Shown in pieces: positions 37,962-49,119 of a stretch of DNA of 64,000 bases. The number at the start of each line of letters is the position of its first letter. The stretch's first letter is position 1. The stretch comes from Thermodesulfobacteriota bacterium (lineage in GTDB: Bacteria; Desulfobacterota; Desulfobacteria; Desulfobacterales; C00003060), in contig JAXHVD010000006.1 of the NCBI GenBank assembly GCA_034189385.1, positions 112,300 to 176,299 of the forward strand. The letters are read 5' to 3'. The translations under genes were made by a program, and so were the position numbers. The notes beneath the pieces were generated by a model that was not told the origin of the DNA, searched no databases, and worked only from the letters and a program-made list of their open reading frames with translations.

Positions 37962-39542
37962 TTGAAAGTCCTGGTGAGTGATAAGCTGGCAGATGTGGGC
38001 GTCAGGATGTTTGAAGAAGCCGAGGGTATTGACGTTGACGTAAAAATAGGCCTTCCACCGGAAGAGTTGAAGGCCATCATCAAAGACTACCATGGATTGG
38101 CCATAAGGAGCGCCACAAAGGTGACAGAGGAGATCCTAGAGGCGGCCATTCAGTTGAAGGTCATAGGCCGGGCCGGTATAGGGCTGGACAATGTGGATAT
38201 TTCTGGAGCTACCAAGAGAGGCATCGTGGTCATGAATACGCCGGAAGGGAATGTAGTGACCACTGCTGAGCACGCCGTTTCCATGTTGCTTTCCCTCTCA
38301 CGGAACATCCCCCAGGGGACCTCAACCCTGAAAGCCGGTAAGTGGGAAAAGAAGAATTTGCAGGGCCGTGAAATCTTCAACAAGACGTTGGGAGTTCTGG
38401 GCTACGGTCGGATCGGCAGAATCGTTGCTGACCGGACCAGAGGACTGAAGATGAACGTCATCGTTCATGACCCCTACGTGAACAAGGATTTGGTCGAACA
38501 GGAGGGCTTTGAAGCAGTCTCCCTGGAAGAGCTTTACAAGCGGTCCGATTATATCACGGTCCATGTCCCGAAGCTAAAGGACACCATTGATTTCATCAAC
38601 AAAGAGGCATTCCACCAGATGAAAGACGGGGTCATGATCGTCAACTGTGCCCGGGGGGGGATTGTAAATGAAGCCGACTTGGTGGAGGCCTTAAAGGCTG
38701 GAAAGGTGGGAGGTGCAGCCTTGGACGTTTTTGAGACTGAGCCGCCCGGCCTCATCCCGCTTTTGGAATTTGAAAACGTTATCTGTACTCCCCACCTAGG
38801 CGCCTCTACGGCAGAAGCGCAAAGCAATGTGGCTGTGGCTGTGGCCGAACAGATTATTAGTTACCTGCAGACCGGCACTGTTATCAACTCCGTGAATGTC
38901 CCCTCGGTGACTGGAGAACTGCTGACCAAACTCCAACCCTATCTAACCCTGGCCGACCGTATGGGATGTCTTCAAGCCCAACTGGCACAAGGACCAATTA
39001 AGACTGTTACCGTGAAGTACTCTGGAGATTTCGTGGGCCTAGACATGAGCCCAGTCACCACGGCTGCCCTCAAGGGCTTGCTGACGCCCTTTCTCAAAGA
39101 CGACGTCAATTTTGTAAATGCCCCGATAATTGCCAAAGAACGGGGAATTAAGGTAACCGAGTCTCGCAGTGTGGAAACCGAAGATTTTGTGAACCTTGTC
39201 ACCATTGAGGTATCATGGACCGAAGGGTCTAACACGGTCTCCGGAACCATTTTCGGCAAGCACGAACCTCGCATTGTCCGGGTCAACGCCTCAAGGCTAG
39301 AAGCCGTTCCCGAGGGCCACATGCTGCTTATACACAACATGGACAAACCCGGTGCCATCGGCAGCATCGGAACGGTCCTTGGCAAGCACAATGTCAATAT
39401 CGCCAGGATGAATGTGGGTCAAGAAAAGGATGGCGGCCGCAATGTGATCTTCCTAGATACAGACACCCCGGCGCCACCCGAGGCAGTGGAGGAACTGAAG
39501 GCCCTTCCTCTTGTAAAATCAGTGACTCCCATGGAGCTGTAG
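37962..39542 (+). CDS. serA: D-3-phosphoglycerate dehydrogenase
   Basis: GRAGIGLDNVD, GYGRIG, NCARGG, PHLGAST, C-terminal ACT domain; TTG start after AGGAG. Confidence 0.97.
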   Translation: MKVLVSDKLADVGVRMFEEAEGIDVDVKIGLPPEELKAIIKDYHGLAIRSATKVTEEILEAAIQLKVIGRAGIGLDNVDISGATKRGIVVMNTPEGNVVTTAEHAVSMLLSLSRNIPQGTSTLKAGKWEKKNLQGREIFNKTLGVLGYGRIGRIVADRTRGLKMNVIVHDPYVNKDLVEQEGFEAVSLEELYKRSDYITVHVPKLKDTIDFINKEAFHQMKDGVMIVNCARGGIVNEADLVEALKAGKVGGAALDVFETEPPGLIPLLEFENVICTPHLGASTAEAQSNVAVAVAEQIISYLQTGTVINSVNVPSVTGELLTKLQPYLTLADRMGCLQAQLAQGPIKTVTVKYSGDFVGLDMSPVTTAALKGLLTPFLKDDVNFVNAPIIAKERGIKVTESRSVETEDFVNLVTIEVSWTEGSNTVSGTIFGKHEPRIVRVNASRLEAVPEGHMLLIHNMDKPGAIGSIGTVLGKHNVNIARMNVGQEKDGGRNVIFLDTDTPAPPEAVEELKALPLVKSVTPMEL

Positions 39543-39744
39543 GTCCTGTACCAGGTATCTATTGCGAAAACATAGGGACCAGAGAGCAGCCAGCTCTGCC
39601 CAGCCCTCCCATTAATACCCCGAAAAGAGACACGGTAGCGCTGATGCACCCCTTACAGCCCTTTGGCTGGAAAGGGATTGAGGAGCATTTTCATACCGTG
39701 GCATCGTATCACCTTAATCGGACTGCCAACGGGAAGCCAACTTC

Positions 39745-39773
39745 TTGACAAGGTCTTTTTCAGTACGTATAAA
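39745..39773 (+). promoter_or_regulatory. Sigma-70 promoter for DUF1844-degQ
   Basis: TTGACA-N17-TATAAA. Confidence 0.6.
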
Positions 39774-39845
39774 TGTGCAGCTTGGCGATCCTTTCTAGTC
39801 CCTATCCCGAGGGAACTATCCTAAAGCAGAATCAAGGAGGCAGGC

Positions 39846-40259
39846 ATGGCAGAAGAAGAAAAGGGGTTTGTCATAAAGGACAAACGTGCGTTTTCATCAG
39901 AGACAGGAGAGCCCACGCCAGAGGCTTCAACAGAGGCAGAAGAGGAGAAGGAGGCTGAAGACACGGAGGAAGGGTCCGGCGAGGCAGCGTCAGCCGCTGA
40001 GGAGGGGTTCCAGCTTCCCGAGGTCAATTTTGCCACCTTTGTCTTCTCCCTTAGCTCTTCAGCCATACTCCATTTTGGTGAAATACCAGACCCCGCCACT
40101 GGCGCCAAGAACACCAATCTTCCCATGGCCAAACATACCATTGATATTTTGGGAATGCTGGAAGAAAAAACCAAGGGAAATCTCACAGAGGATGAATCCC
40201 AGCTTCTTAAGAACATCCTTTACGACCTCAGGATGCGGTACGTAAAGGCGACTACCTGA
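39846..40259 (+). CDS. DUF1844 family protein
   Basis: LPEVNFATFVFSL..HFGEIPDP..AKHTIDILGMLEEKTKGNLT..LYDLRMRYV. Confidence 0.9.
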   Translation: MAEEEKGFVIKDKRAFSSETGEPTPEASTEAEEEKEAEDTEEGSGEAASAAEEGFQLPEVNFATFVFSLSSSAILHFGEIPDPATGAKNTNLPMAKHTIDILGMLEEKTKGNLTEDESQLLKNILYDLRMRYVKATT

Positions 40260-40302
40260 GAACCTTGGGGTATTTGGATTCTATTTGGAAGGAGAAACAT
40301 AC

Positions 40303-41778
40303 ATGAATACAAAAAAGCCGACTGGTAACTACAGGTGGCGCATAGGGATTGCTGCAACTGCTCTCATTTGTGTGGCAGTAGGTTTCTTTTTAGCGACTGG
40401 CCTTGATCTTACCAACAATACATCTGCATCCGCCCCCGCTTCGACGGTCATGGTGCCGAGCAGCTTTTCGGAAGTGGCAAAAGCGGTGAGTCCCGCTGTG
40501 GTAAACATTCGGGCCGAAAAGGTTGTAAAAGGAGGAGGATCTGTTTTTAGGCATTTCCAAAGCCCCCATGGAGAGGGCGACCCCTTTCATGATTTCTTTG
40601 AAAGGTTTTTCGGGGACATCCCTCGGCGAGAATTTAAGGAGCGAAGCCTAGGCTCGGGGTTCTTTATTGATTCAGAGGGCCACATCGTCACCAACAACCA
40701 TGTCATAGAAAATGCCGACAAGATCAAGGTAAAACTCAATAACGGCAAGGAGTTCGATGCGGAGATCGTTGGCCGGGACCCGAAAACCGATATCGCCTTG
40801 GTAAAAGCAAAAGGACTAACGGATTTTCATGCCGTTGAGCTGGGGGACTCTGATGCCTTGGAGGTAGGTGAGTGGGTGGTGGCCGTGGGCAGCCCCTTTG
40901 GACTGGAACACACCGTTACCGCAGGGATAGTCAGTGCCAAGGGGCGTGTGATCGGCTCCGGCCCTTATGACGACTTTATTCAGACTGATGCCTCCATCAA
41001 TCCCGGAAATAGTGGTGGGCCCCTTGTGAATATGAAAGGAAAAGTAGTCGGCATCAATACAGCCATTGTCTCTAGAAGCGGCGGCAATGTGGGAATCGGT
41101 TTTGCCATCCCGACGAGCTTGGCCGAGGATATCATTGAACAATTAAAGGAGTCGGGATCTGTCACAAGAGGCTGGCTTGGAGTGAGCATTCAGGATCTGA
41201 CACCAGAGCTTGCCGAATACTATGGCGTCAAGGATGGTCAAGGCGCCCTTGTGGGGGAGGTTTTTGAGGGAGACCCTGCCGACAAGGCAGGAATGGAAGC
41301 AAAAGATGTCATTGTAGAGGTAGATGGCAAAAAAATTGAAGATAGCAGGGACTTATCGAGAACCATCGCACAGGTTCCGGTGGACAAGAAAGTGACTATC
41401 AAGGCGCTCAGAAACGGAAAAGAGCGTACCTTTCGTGTGAAAATCGTCAAACGCACCGATGAAAAAGAGCCCCTGGCCACAAAAGGCCCTAGCGAGAAGA
41501 CTAACCTGGGGATGAGTGTTTCTCCCCTCACGCCTGAGCTGGCCAGGCAATTTGGTGTCACTGAAACCAAAGGCGTTGTGGTTGTAGCCATTGAAGAGGA
41601 CAGCCCGGCACAAGAGGCCGAGGTCCAAGAAGGAGATCTCATCCTGGAAATCGACCATAAGCCCATAAAAAGCCTTGAAGACTACGAGGAACAGATCGAA
41701 AAAGTGAAAGAAGGAGAGACGGTATCCTTCCTGGTAAGGAGAAAGACAGGTTTTCTTATTCTAAACCTCACCAAATAG
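40303..41778 (+). CDS. DegP/DegQ (HtrA) serine protease with two PDZ domains
   Basis: SLGSGF, TNNHV, DIAL, QTDASINPGNSGGPL, RGWLGV. Confidence 0.96.
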   Translation: MNTKKPTGNYRWRIGIAATALICVAVGFFLATGLDLTNNTSASAPASTVMVPSSFSEVAKAVSPAVVNIRAEKVVKGGGSVFRHFQSPHGEGDPFHDFFERFFGDIPRREFKERSLGSGFFIDSEGHIVTNNHVIENADKIKVKLNNGKEFDAEIVGRDPKTDIALVKAKGLTDFHAVELGDSDALEVGEWVVAVGSPFGLEHTVTAGIVSAKGRVIGSGPYDDFIQTDASINPGNSGGPLVNMKGKVVGINTAIVSRSGGNVGIGFAIPTSLAEDIIEQLKESGSVTRGWLGVSIQDLTPELAEYYGVKDGQGALVGEVFEGDPADKAGMEAKDVIVEVDGKKIEDSRDLSRTIAQVPVDKKVTIKALRNGKERTFRVKIVKRTDEKEPLATKGPSEKTNLGMSVSPLTPELARQFGVTETKGVVVVAIEEDSPAQEAEVQEGDLILEIDHKPIKSLEDYEEQIEKVKEGETVSFLVRRKTGFLILNLTK

Positions 41779-42018
41779 GCCAACCGGTTCACCCCGTCCA
41801 GCTGGTTTGGCCCGCCAAGACAGAAGGCGTCACAGAAGCCCGATCCTGTGACGCCATGACCGTGATGGATGCGCTTGCGTCATGTTCGCAGGGGGTCAAA
41901 TGCGCCTTCTGGGCGAAGATGGCGTTACGCAGTACAGGCGGCCGGTGCTATACCCTTCCCAGCCGACGCTTTGTTGTGACGAAAGTGAGCTTACGGCAGA
42001 ATAAGCCCAATAGGACAT

Positions 42019-42870
42019 ATGAAACCGCTGGCCATACGATCCCCCGCCAAGATTAACCTCTTCCTGAAGGTGCTGAGCAAGCGGACCGATGGCTACCATG
42101 AGATCGTTTCGCTTATGTGTCGTGTCAGCTTGTTTGACACCGTAACCTTGTCTTTTGGTCAACCTTCCATTAGTGTCCATTGCGCCCATCCTGAGGTCCC
42201 CGATGGAAAATCCAACTTGGCTTACAAGGCCGCTGCCCATTTCTTTGAAGCCCTGTCAAGACAGGATGGGGTCGCTATATCGATAGACAAGGTCATCCCT
42301 GTAGCTGCGGGCCTAGGAGGTGGAAGCAGCAATGCAGCTGCCGTCTTCATGGGACTCAACGAGCACTATGGGCATCCTTTCACCAAGGAGAAACTCATGG
42401 ATATGGCCTTGAAGGTAGGAGCAGATGTCCCTTTCTTTGTCTTCCAACATTGTGCCGTGGCACGAGGCATTGGGGAACAATTGGAGCGGTTTTGCGGGCT
42501 ACCGTCATGGTCGGTGGTGCTGGTCTGTCCAAAGTGTCAAATATCCACTGCGTGGGCTTACAAACACTTCACTTTACGATTGACAAATTGTGAAGAAAAT
42601 TCTAAAGTGCTGCCGTTTACGGAGGACCTATCCAAGACCGAGAGCCTTTTGTACAATGATTTAGAGCAGGTAGCCGTCGACAAGTTTCCAGAGATAGATG
42701 CCATCAAAACGGCCCTCCTTGATCTCGGTGCTGAACAGGCATTGATGTCAGGAAGCGGAGCCGCTGTCTTTGGGCTCTTTCAGGATCCGCAACAAGCCTC
42801 TCTGGCACTTCAAAGGATCAAACAAGAACGACGCTGGGAAACATATGTGGTGAACTTGTTGCTCCCTTGA
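42019..42870 (+). CDS. ispE: 4-(cytidine 5'-diphospho)-2-C-methyl-D-erythritol kinase
   Basis: SPAKINLFL, DGYHEI, IPVAAGLGGGSSNAA, GADVPFF, MSGSG. Confidence 0.97.
   Translation: MKPLAIRSPAKINLFLKVLSKRTDGYHEIVSLMCRVSLFDTVTLSFGQPSISVHCAHPEVPDGKSNLAYKAAAHFFEALSRQDGVAISIDKVIPVAAGLGGGSSNAAAVFMGLNEHYGHPFTKEKLMDMALKVGADVPFFVFQHCAVARGIGEQLERFCGLPSWSVVLVCPKCQISTAWAYKHFTLRLTNCEENSKVLPFTEDLSKTESLLYNDLEQVAVDKFPEIDAIKTALLDLGAEQALMSGSGAAVFGLFQDPQQASLALQRIKQERRWETYVVNLLLP
42580..42608 (+). promoter_or_regulatory. Internal sigma-70 promoter in ispE, likely driving tRNA-Gln-prs
   Basis: TTGACA-N17-TAAAGT in an AT-rich patch of ispE. Confidence 0.5.
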
Positions 42871-42879
42871 TGACCGTGC

Positions 42880-42953
42880 TGGGGTGTCGTCAAGTGGTAA
42901 GACACAGGATTTTGGTTCCTGCATCGGAGGTTCGAATCCTCCCACCCCAGCCA
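42880..42953 (+). tRNA. tRNA-Gln (UUG)
   Basis: Acceptor stem TGGGGTG/CACCCCA, anticodon arm CAGGA-TTTTGGT-TCCTG, T arm GGAGG-TTCGAAT-CCTCC, encoded CCA. Confidence 0.97.
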
Positions 42954-43037
42954 GCCTGAAGATAGGTTCTGAAAAAGGGGGAAGCAACGAGATGAGTTGT
43001 TGGCGTAGTTTATTGGTTTTGTCACGGGCTGTTGGCA

Positions 43038-43976
43038 ATGCATAGCCTTGTCCTGTTTGCTGGCAACTCGAATCCAAAACTGGCCAAGGACATTTGCCGT
43101 CATATAGGCATCAGATTGGGAGAGGCCCAGGTAAAGAGATTCAGTGACGGCGAAATCCAGATAGAGATAGGGGAAAATGTGCGAGGCAAGGACGTGTTTG
43201 TCTTGCAGTCCACGTGCGCCCCAGTAAATGAGCATCTGGTAGAACTGCTGCTGATGCTTGATGCCTTCAAGCGCTCATCGGCAAAGCGGATCACGGCAGT
43301 GGTTCCATATTATGGCTATGCCCGGCAGGACAAAAAGGTGGCACCGCGGGTTCCCATCAGTGCGAAACTGGTGGCCGACCTCCTGACAACAGCCGGTGCC
43401 GACCGTGTCATCACCATGGACCTTCATGCCGGTCAAATACAGGGCTTTTTCGATGTTCCAGTGGACAACCTCTTTGCAGCGCCAGTTCTCCTTGAACATA
43501 TAAGGCAGAAGTTTCAAAACGATACGGTCATCGTGTCTCCGGACGCAGGGGGTGCCGAAAGGGCCCGGGCCTTTGCCAAACGCCTTCATACGCAGCTGGC
43601 CATTGTTGACAAACGACGCCTCGCGCCTAACGTGGCCGAGGCCATGCACGTGGTGGGCTCTGTTGAAGGAAAAATAGGGATCATCTTGGATGACATGGTG
43701 GACACTGCGGGGACCCTTACACAAGCCGCCTCTGCCTTAAAAGGCCACGGGGCTGTAGAGGTCCATGCCTGCTGTTCCCATCCAGTGCTTTCAGGTCCGG
43801 CTGTTGACCGTATTGTAGCATCGGAAATCGAAACCCTTGTGGTCACCGACAGCATCCCCCTGGGTAAGAGCGCCCAGGAAAGCGGAAAGTTTCAGGTGCT
43901 GTCCGTGTCAAAGCTGTTGGCAGAGGGGATTCACCGGTCCCATACGGGCAGTTCGGTGAGTTCGCTCTTCGTATAA
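43038..43976 (+). CDS. prs: Ribose-phosphate pyrophosphokinase
   Basis: [39 protein letters not shown]. Confidence 0.97.
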   Translation: MHSLVLFAGNSNPKLAKDICRHIGIRLGEAQVKRFSDGEIQIEIGENVRGKDVFVLQSTCAPVNEHLVELLLMLDAFKRSSAKRITAVVPYYGYARQDKKVAPRVPISAKLVADLLTTAGADRVITMDLHAGQIQGFFDVPVDNLFAAPVLLEHIRQKFQNDTVIVSPDAGGAERARAFAKRLHTQLAIVDKRRLAPNVAEAMHVVGSVEGKIGIILDDMVDTAGTLTQAASALKGHGAVEVHACCSHPVLSGPAVDRIVASEIETLVVTDSIPLGKSAQESGKFQVLSVSKLLAEGIHRSHTGSSVSSLFV

Positions 43977-44004
43977 AAAACCAAATATAAGGAGGAAATG
44001 TTCC

Positions 44005-44661
44005 TTGGAAATATTCGATCTTAGCGCAACGGAACGAAAAAGCACCGGAAAGGGCCACGCCCGATCACTGAGGCGCCAGGGCCTGGTTCCGGCGGTGCTC
44101 TACGGCCCAGAAACCGCGTCCATACCGTTGACCATATCTACGCTAGATCTGGAGACGATATACCAGGAAAGTGCGACAGAGCATGTCATCTTAAATCTTA
44201 TCATCAAGAACGGCGGCACGTTGAACAAGACTGCTATGGTGAAAGAGATGCAGCTTTCACCGCTAACCAACCAGTGTCTTCACGTCGATTTCTATGAAAT
44301 ATCCATGGAAAAGGAAATCACGGTAAAGATTCCGGTTGAACTCACCGGAAAGTCCAAGGGAGTTGAGAGTGGCGGTTTGTTGCAGCTGATTCGCTATGAA
44401 TTAGAAGTGACCTGTCTGCCAGAAAACATCCCAGGTAAGATTGAGGTGGATGTCTCAGACATGGATGTTGGCGATTCCATTCATGTGGAAGACATCGCCG
44501 TAGGTGAGAATGTCACATTGGTATATGACAACAACTTTACAGTGGCCACGGTGGTTGCACCGACACTGGTAGAGGAAGAGGTCCCAGAAGAGGAATTTGA
44601 GGAAGGTGAAGAGGCCCCGGCCGAGGCCGAAGCACCAGCAGAAGAAGAACCATCAGACTAG
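44005..44661 (+). CDS. rplY: 50S ribosomal protein L25/Ctc
   Basis: GKGHARSLRRQGLVPAVLYG, HVDFY, acidic tail; TTG start after AAGGAGG. Confidence 0.95.
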   Translation: MEIFDLSATERKSTGKGHARSLRRQGLVPAVLYGPETASIPLTISTLDLETIYQESATEHVILNLIIKNGGTLNKTAMVKEMQLSPLTNQCLHVDFYEISMEKEITVKIPVELTGKSKGVESGGLLQLIRYELEVTCLPENIPGKIEVDVSDMDVGDSIHVEDIAVGENVTLVYDNNFTVATVVAPTLVEEEVPEEEFEEGEEAPAEAEAPAEEEPSD

Positions 44662-44671
44662 TAGAATCTAA

Positions 44672-45283
44672 ATGTCGGAGGATCGGTTTCGCCTGATTGT
44701 GGGGTTGGGCAACCCAGGAAAGAAATATCAACATACCCGCCACAATATGGGATTCATGGTGGTGGAGCGGCTGGCACATACACACGGAATCCTACTAGAG
44801 AGACGTAAGTTTAACGTCCTTTTTGGCCGCGGGAAAGTGGGAAGCCAGCCAGTCATCCTGGCCAAGCCCATGACCTACATGAATAGGAGTGGGCCAGCAG
44901 CCAGAGACTTGGCCTTCTTTTTTAAGATAGGGACGCAAGATACCCTAGTCATTCACGATGACATAGATCTTGTCTTTGGCCAAATCAAAATTAAGGAGAA
45001 AGGAGGGAATGGAGGACATAATGGCGTGAAGTCCCTGATCGAGGCATTGGGGACTGGGCAGTTTACTCGCCTCCGTGTTGGTATTGGACGTCCTGAAACC
45101 CGCCAGAAAGTTAGAGCCTATGTGCTGGCCGGATTTGACGCCCAACAGGAGACACTCTTGGAGGATGTTGTCTCCACCGCACAAGATGCGACGGAGACCA
45201 TACTCTTCAAAGGGGTACCAGAGGCGATGAATCGATTTCATGGTAAGACAATTTCAGAACGCAACGTTGGGAGGAGACTATGA
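44672..45283 (+). CDS. pth: Peptidyl-tRNA hydrolase
   Basis: VGLGNPG, TRHNMGF, KPMTYMN, HDDID, GGHNG. Confidence 0.97.
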   Translation: MSEDRFRLIVGLGNPGKKYQHTRHNMGFMVVERLAHTHGILLERRKFNVLFGRGKVGSQPVILAKPMTYMNRSGPAARDLAFFFKIGTQDTLVIHDDIDLVFGQIKIKEKGGNGGHNGVKSLIEALGTGQFTRLRVGIGRPETRQKVRAYVLAGFDAQQETLLEDVVSTAQDATETILFKGVPEAMNRFHGKTISERNVGRRL

Positions 45284-47310
45284 GTGGAGTACTGAGTAAT
45301 GTAGAGCTTTATTGTACACTGGTAGGTGCGGTAGGTGTCGTCTTCGCGCTGCTTCTGGCAAGCGCGGTGAAAAGCGCCCCTGCCGGGGACGAGAAGATGA
45401 ACGAGATCGCTGACGCGGTCAAGGAAGGCGCTATTGCCTATTTGAACCGCCAGCTAAAGACCGTTTTTATCGCGGCTGCTGTGATCGTCGTCATCATTGG
45501 GGCGACCCTTGGCATAACGACCGCCGTTGGCTTCATCCTCGGCGCCGCAGCCTCTTACTGTGCAGGATATATCGGCATGCGCGTATCGGTTATTGCAAAC
45601 GTGCGCACCGCAGAGGCCTCCAAGAAAGGCCTTGCAGCCGGTCTTTCCATGGCCTTTAGGGGCGGCACGGTCACAGGGATGATCGTGGCTGGGCTTGCTC
45701 TGACATCGGTGGCTGGCTACTTTACCCTCACCCATGACATCAAGGCCCTGATAGCCCTCGGGTTCGGCGGGAGCTTGATCTCTATCTTTGCCCGCCTTGG
45801 CGGCGGTATCTTCACCAAGGGTGCAGACGTAGGTGCCGACCTGGTGGGTAAAGTGGAAGCCGGTATCCCTGAAGATGATCCCAGAAACCCCGCAACCATT
45901 GCCGACAACGTGGGCGACAATGTGGGCGACTGCGCAGGCATGGCCGCAGACCTCTTTGAGACCTATGCAGTCACAGCCGTGGCTGCCATGCTCCTTGGCC
46001 ACCTCATTTTTCCGGAGTCCAAGGTGGGGCCGGACGTCTATCATATGGTAGTAACCTTCCCGCTCGCCCTGGGCGCTGTCTCCATTATCGCGTCCATCGT
46101 TGCAAGCTTCTTTGTGAAACTCGGTGGCGGTGATTACATCATGGGCGCCCTGTACAAAGGCATGTTTGGTTCAGCCATTATTGCTGGTGTCGCCTTTTAC
46201 CCTCTGACCAAGCAAATGATGGGGGGATTGGATGTTCCCTTCATGGACCTTTATCTTTGCACACTCATCGGTCTGGTACTGACCGTGGGCATCGTCATCG
46301 TGACCGAATACTACACAGGGGTCAGAGGACCCGTTAAGGGCATCGCCCAGGCCTCTACCACGGGCCATGGCACGAACATCATCGCCGGTCTTGCGATCAG
46401 CATGCAGTCCACAGCTATTCCGGTTATTTTGATTTGTGCTGCCATCTATGCCTCTTTTCATTTGGCGAACCTTTTTGGAATTGCCCTGGCGGCCATGAGC
46501 ATGCTCTCTATGACCGGTATGGTCATCGCCATTGACGCCTACGGCCCGATCACAGATAACGCCGGTGGCATTGCAGAGATGGCGGAGATGGATGAAAGTG
46601 TCCGCGCAGTGACAGATCCCCTGGATGCCGTTGGAAACACCACCAAGGCCGTCACCAAGGGGTATGCCATCGGTTCGGCCGGTCTGGCAGCCCTGGTCCT
46701 CTTTGCCGCCTATATCCAGGATCTCAAGGATCTTTCCCCTGAGGGCACGGTATTGAGCTTTGATCTTGGCCACGTGGATGTCATCATCGGCCTTTTTATC
46801 GGCGGGCTCCTACCCTACCTCTTTGCCTCCATCGCCATGATGGCCGTTGGAAAAGCCGGTGGCCAGGTGGTCGTTGAAGTGAGACGGCAGTTTAGGGAAA
46901 TCCCTGGGATCATGGAAGGCAAGGCAAAACCGGACTATGCTGCCTGCGTCGATATTGTGACCCGTTTTGCCCTTAAAGAGATGATTGTGCCGGCCCTCAT
47001 CCCGGTGGTTGTGCCGGTTATTGTCGGGTTCTTCCTTGGCAAGATCGCCCTTGGCGCCCTCTTAATCGGTAGTATCATCACAGGCGTCTTTGTGGCCATC
47101 TCCATGACCACAGGAGGAGCCGCTTGGGATAATGCCAAGAAGTATATCGAAGACGGTCACCTTGGTGGTAAGGGAAGCGAATCCCACAAGGCTGCCGTCA
47201 CGGGTGATACGGTTGGCGATCCGTACAAGGATACTGCCGGCCCTGCCGTCAACCCCATGATCAAGATCTTAAACGTGGTGGCCCTGCTGATGGTGCCGTT
47301 CCTCGTCTAG
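45280..47310 (+). CDS. hppA: Membrane-bound pyrophosphatase, K+-independent H+-translocating type
   Basis: [32 protein letters not shown] carries the Lys of K+-independent enzymes. Confidence 0.95.
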   Translation: MSGVLSNVELYCTLVGAVGVVFALLLASAVKSAPAGDEKMNEIADAVKEGAIAYLNRQLKTVFIAAAVIVVIIGATLGITTAVGFILGAAASYCAGYIGMRVSVIANVRTAEASKKGLAAGLSMAFRGGTVTGMIVAGLALTSVAGYFTLTHDIKALIALGFGGSLISIFARLGGGIFTKGADVGADLVGKVEAGIPEDDPRNPATIADNVGDNVGDCAGMAADLFETYAVTAVAAMLLGHLIFPESKVGPDVYHMVVTFPLALGAVSIIASIVASFFVKLGGGDYIMGALYKGMFGSAIIAGVAFYPLTKQMMGGLDVPFMDLYLCTLIGLVLTVGIVIVTEYYTGVRGPVKGIAQASTTGHGTNIIAGLAISMQSTAIPVILICAAIYASFHLANLFGIALAAMSMLSMTGMVIAIDAYGPITDNAGGIAEMAEMDESVRAVTDPLDAVGNTTKAVTKGYAIGSAGLAALVLFAAYIQDLKDLSPEGTVLSFDLGHVDVIIGLFIGGLLPYLFASIAMMAVGKAGGQVVVEVRRQFREIPGIMEGKAKPDYAACVDIVTRFALKEMIVPALIPVVVPVIVGFFLGKIALGALLIGSIITGVFVAISMTTGGAAWDNAKKYIEDGHLGGKGSESHKAAVTGDTVGDPYKDTAGPAVNPMIKILNVVALLMVPFLV

Positions 47311-47337
47311 GCGCGGGACCCTATATCTACTCATAAC

Positions 47338-47376
47338 AAAAGGATTGGTGTGGGAAACCACACCAATCCTTTTTTT
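47338..47376 (+). terminator. Rho-independent terminator after hppA
   Basis: AAAAGGATTGGTGTGG-GAAA-CCACACCAATCCTTTTTTT. Confidence 0.92.
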
Positions 47377-47431
47377 CGTCACAAAGAACCTGCACAACAG
47401 GTCGGTAAGACAAAGCTATCTCTCTTCTCAA

Positions 47432-48025
47432 ATGCTAACAGGAATGTCAGAAGGAAACCTTTTTAGAAAACTATCTCGTCTCTATTCCGAAATGGAGGAG
47501 GCCTACAACCGGACCGCCGTGGAGATAGGCCTCACCTGTAAGGGATGTTCAGACAATTGCTGCACCAGCTATTTCCAACACCACACCTATATAGAATGGG
47601 CCTATCTCTGGGAAGGAATCATGTCCTGTCCTGAAGAAATGCAACGCAAGATCCTAGCCAGGGCCGGAGAGTATGTAAAGGAGAGTCAGATGCTGCTGGC
47701 CCAGGGCATCAGGCCGCGCGTCATGTGCCCTCTAAACGATGACGGACTTTGCCAGCTATACGAATACAGGCTCATGATCTGCCGCATGCACGGGGTGCCA
47801 AACAGCCTTGTTATGCCAGATGGTGAACGGATGACTTTCCCGGGCTGTTCCAGATGCCAAGGGCTTTATTCGGATCTGAGAGAGGTCCCCGTTCTGGACA
47901 GAACCGGTTTTTACAAAGATCTTGCCTCCTTAGAAATGGCCTTCATGGGGGAAAAGATCAGGGCTTTTCCAAAGGTGAATCTCACCTTGGCAGAGATGCT
48001 GGTCCACGGTCCCCCCAACATCTAG
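47432..48025 (+). CDS. YkgJ-like cysteine-cluster protein
   Basis: CKGCSDNCC, CPLN, CQLYEYRLMICRMHG; the ORF-track start 47345 lies inside a terminator, so the start is 47432 or 47444. Confidence 0.82.
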   Translation: MLTGMSEGNLFRKLSRLYSEMEEAYNRTAVEIGLTCKGCSDNCCTSYFQHHTYIEWAYLWEGIMSCPEEMQRKILARAGEYVKESQMLLAQGIRPRVMCPLNDDGLCQLYEYRLMICRMHGVPNSLVMPDGERMTFPGCSRCQGLYSDLREVPVLDRTGFYKDLASLEMAFMGEKIRAFPKVNLTLAEMLVHGPPNI

Positions 48026-48047
48026 CTCCTTGCAAGGGGTTTTCAGA

Positions 48048-48608
48048 CTAGGACCCTCTAAGGGACTCCTTGTACTGTCTTACGTATACCCATCCTGACC
48101 ACACCGTGGCAGCTAGTATCACCGACATGATGAGGTTGGCAATGGGAGGAAGCCTCAGGCTCACTGCGGGGCTGTAATCGCCAGACGGGATCATGAAGAG
48201 AAGGATGCTGCCCCCTATCATTTGCACCAGTGTCTTGATTTTTCCCCATCGGTTAGCCGGTATGACCGTGCCCGCTTGCTGAGATATGATGGCCCTCAAC
48301 CCTGTAATGGCGACCTCTCTGCCCACGATGATGATCGCCATCCACGCAGCAACGATCTGATACTTCACCATCACGATGAAGGCGCTCATGGTGAGCAGTT
48401 TGTCAGCCAGGGGGTCAAGAAACGTCCCCAAGACGCTCACCTCGCTGCGGCTTCTGGCGAAGTATCCATCCAAAGGATCTGTGGCACAGGCTAGCACGAA
48501 AATGGACGCAGCCACGAATCTAGCCCATGTGGCATCTGGGATGGTAAAACCGATAAAAATGGGGACAAGGATAAGTCGCAACACAGTGATTTTGTTAGCT
48601 AGAGTCAT
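48048..48608 (-). CDS. pgsA: CDP-diacylglycerol--glycerol-3-phosphate 3-phosphatidyltransferase
   Basis: ANKITVLR, TDPLDGYFAR..LGTFLDPLADK, GREVAITGLR, WGKIKT. Confidence 0.92.
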   Translation of the reverse strand: MTLANKITVLRLILVPIFIGFTIPDATWARFVAASIFVLACATDPLDGYFARSRSEVSVLGTFLDPLADKLLTMSAFIVMVKYQIVAAWMAIIIVGREVAITGLRAIISQQAGTVIPANRWGKIKTLVQMIGGSILLFMIPSGDYSPAVSLRLPPIANLIMSVILAATVWSGWVYVRQYKESLRGS

Positions 48609-49119
48609 CGTTGCTGCCTTTCCAGGGCTGGGAACTAAGATTTCAGACAGGGCGTCTCCCCTACGAAAAAACCGGGGGATCTCTTCTTGATTCTCGCCCA
48701 CGTACCGTTGGAGCCTCGCCAAGCAGAACCGATGAACTTCAAACTTTCGGTTCTTTCCCACAGGCTCCCGAGGAATGAAACGAACACTATCCTATACCAT
48801 CGTTAGCCAATGTCAATTCAAGACATGGGCTTGCGCAGCCTCAATCCCTTTGACCATCCACCTAAACTTCTTTATTAATTCTGAGCGTTAGGCCAAAAAG
48901 CCCCCAACCTCCATCTCTGGAAAGACTCGAAAGCCTTTGCTTTGACCGTGGAAAAGGTCAAGGGAGAGCTCTCAAGGGGATTTGTGGGCCATGGCCGGAC
49001 CATGGCCTCGCAGCACTGTGAAACTGTTTTCGGTTGCTTCCTATTACCAAAAATGGTATCTCTTATCTTTTAGCAATTAAAGCGATACGTTCTCGACGGA
49101 ACGGATTGGAGTTTGTGGC

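Noticed and set aside
41826..41855. Perfect 10-bp hairpin after degQ as a terminator or ncRNA
   Set aside because: No U-tract on either strand and no other support; possibly only an mRNA stability element
42880..42953. tRNA as an integration site for a genomic island
   Set aside because: It is flanked by ispE and prs in the usual order; I saw no duplicated tRNA 3' end or integrase
47345..47431. N-terminal extension of the YkgJ-like ORF given in the track
   Set aside because: It starts inside the hppA terminator, so a later ATG is more plausible
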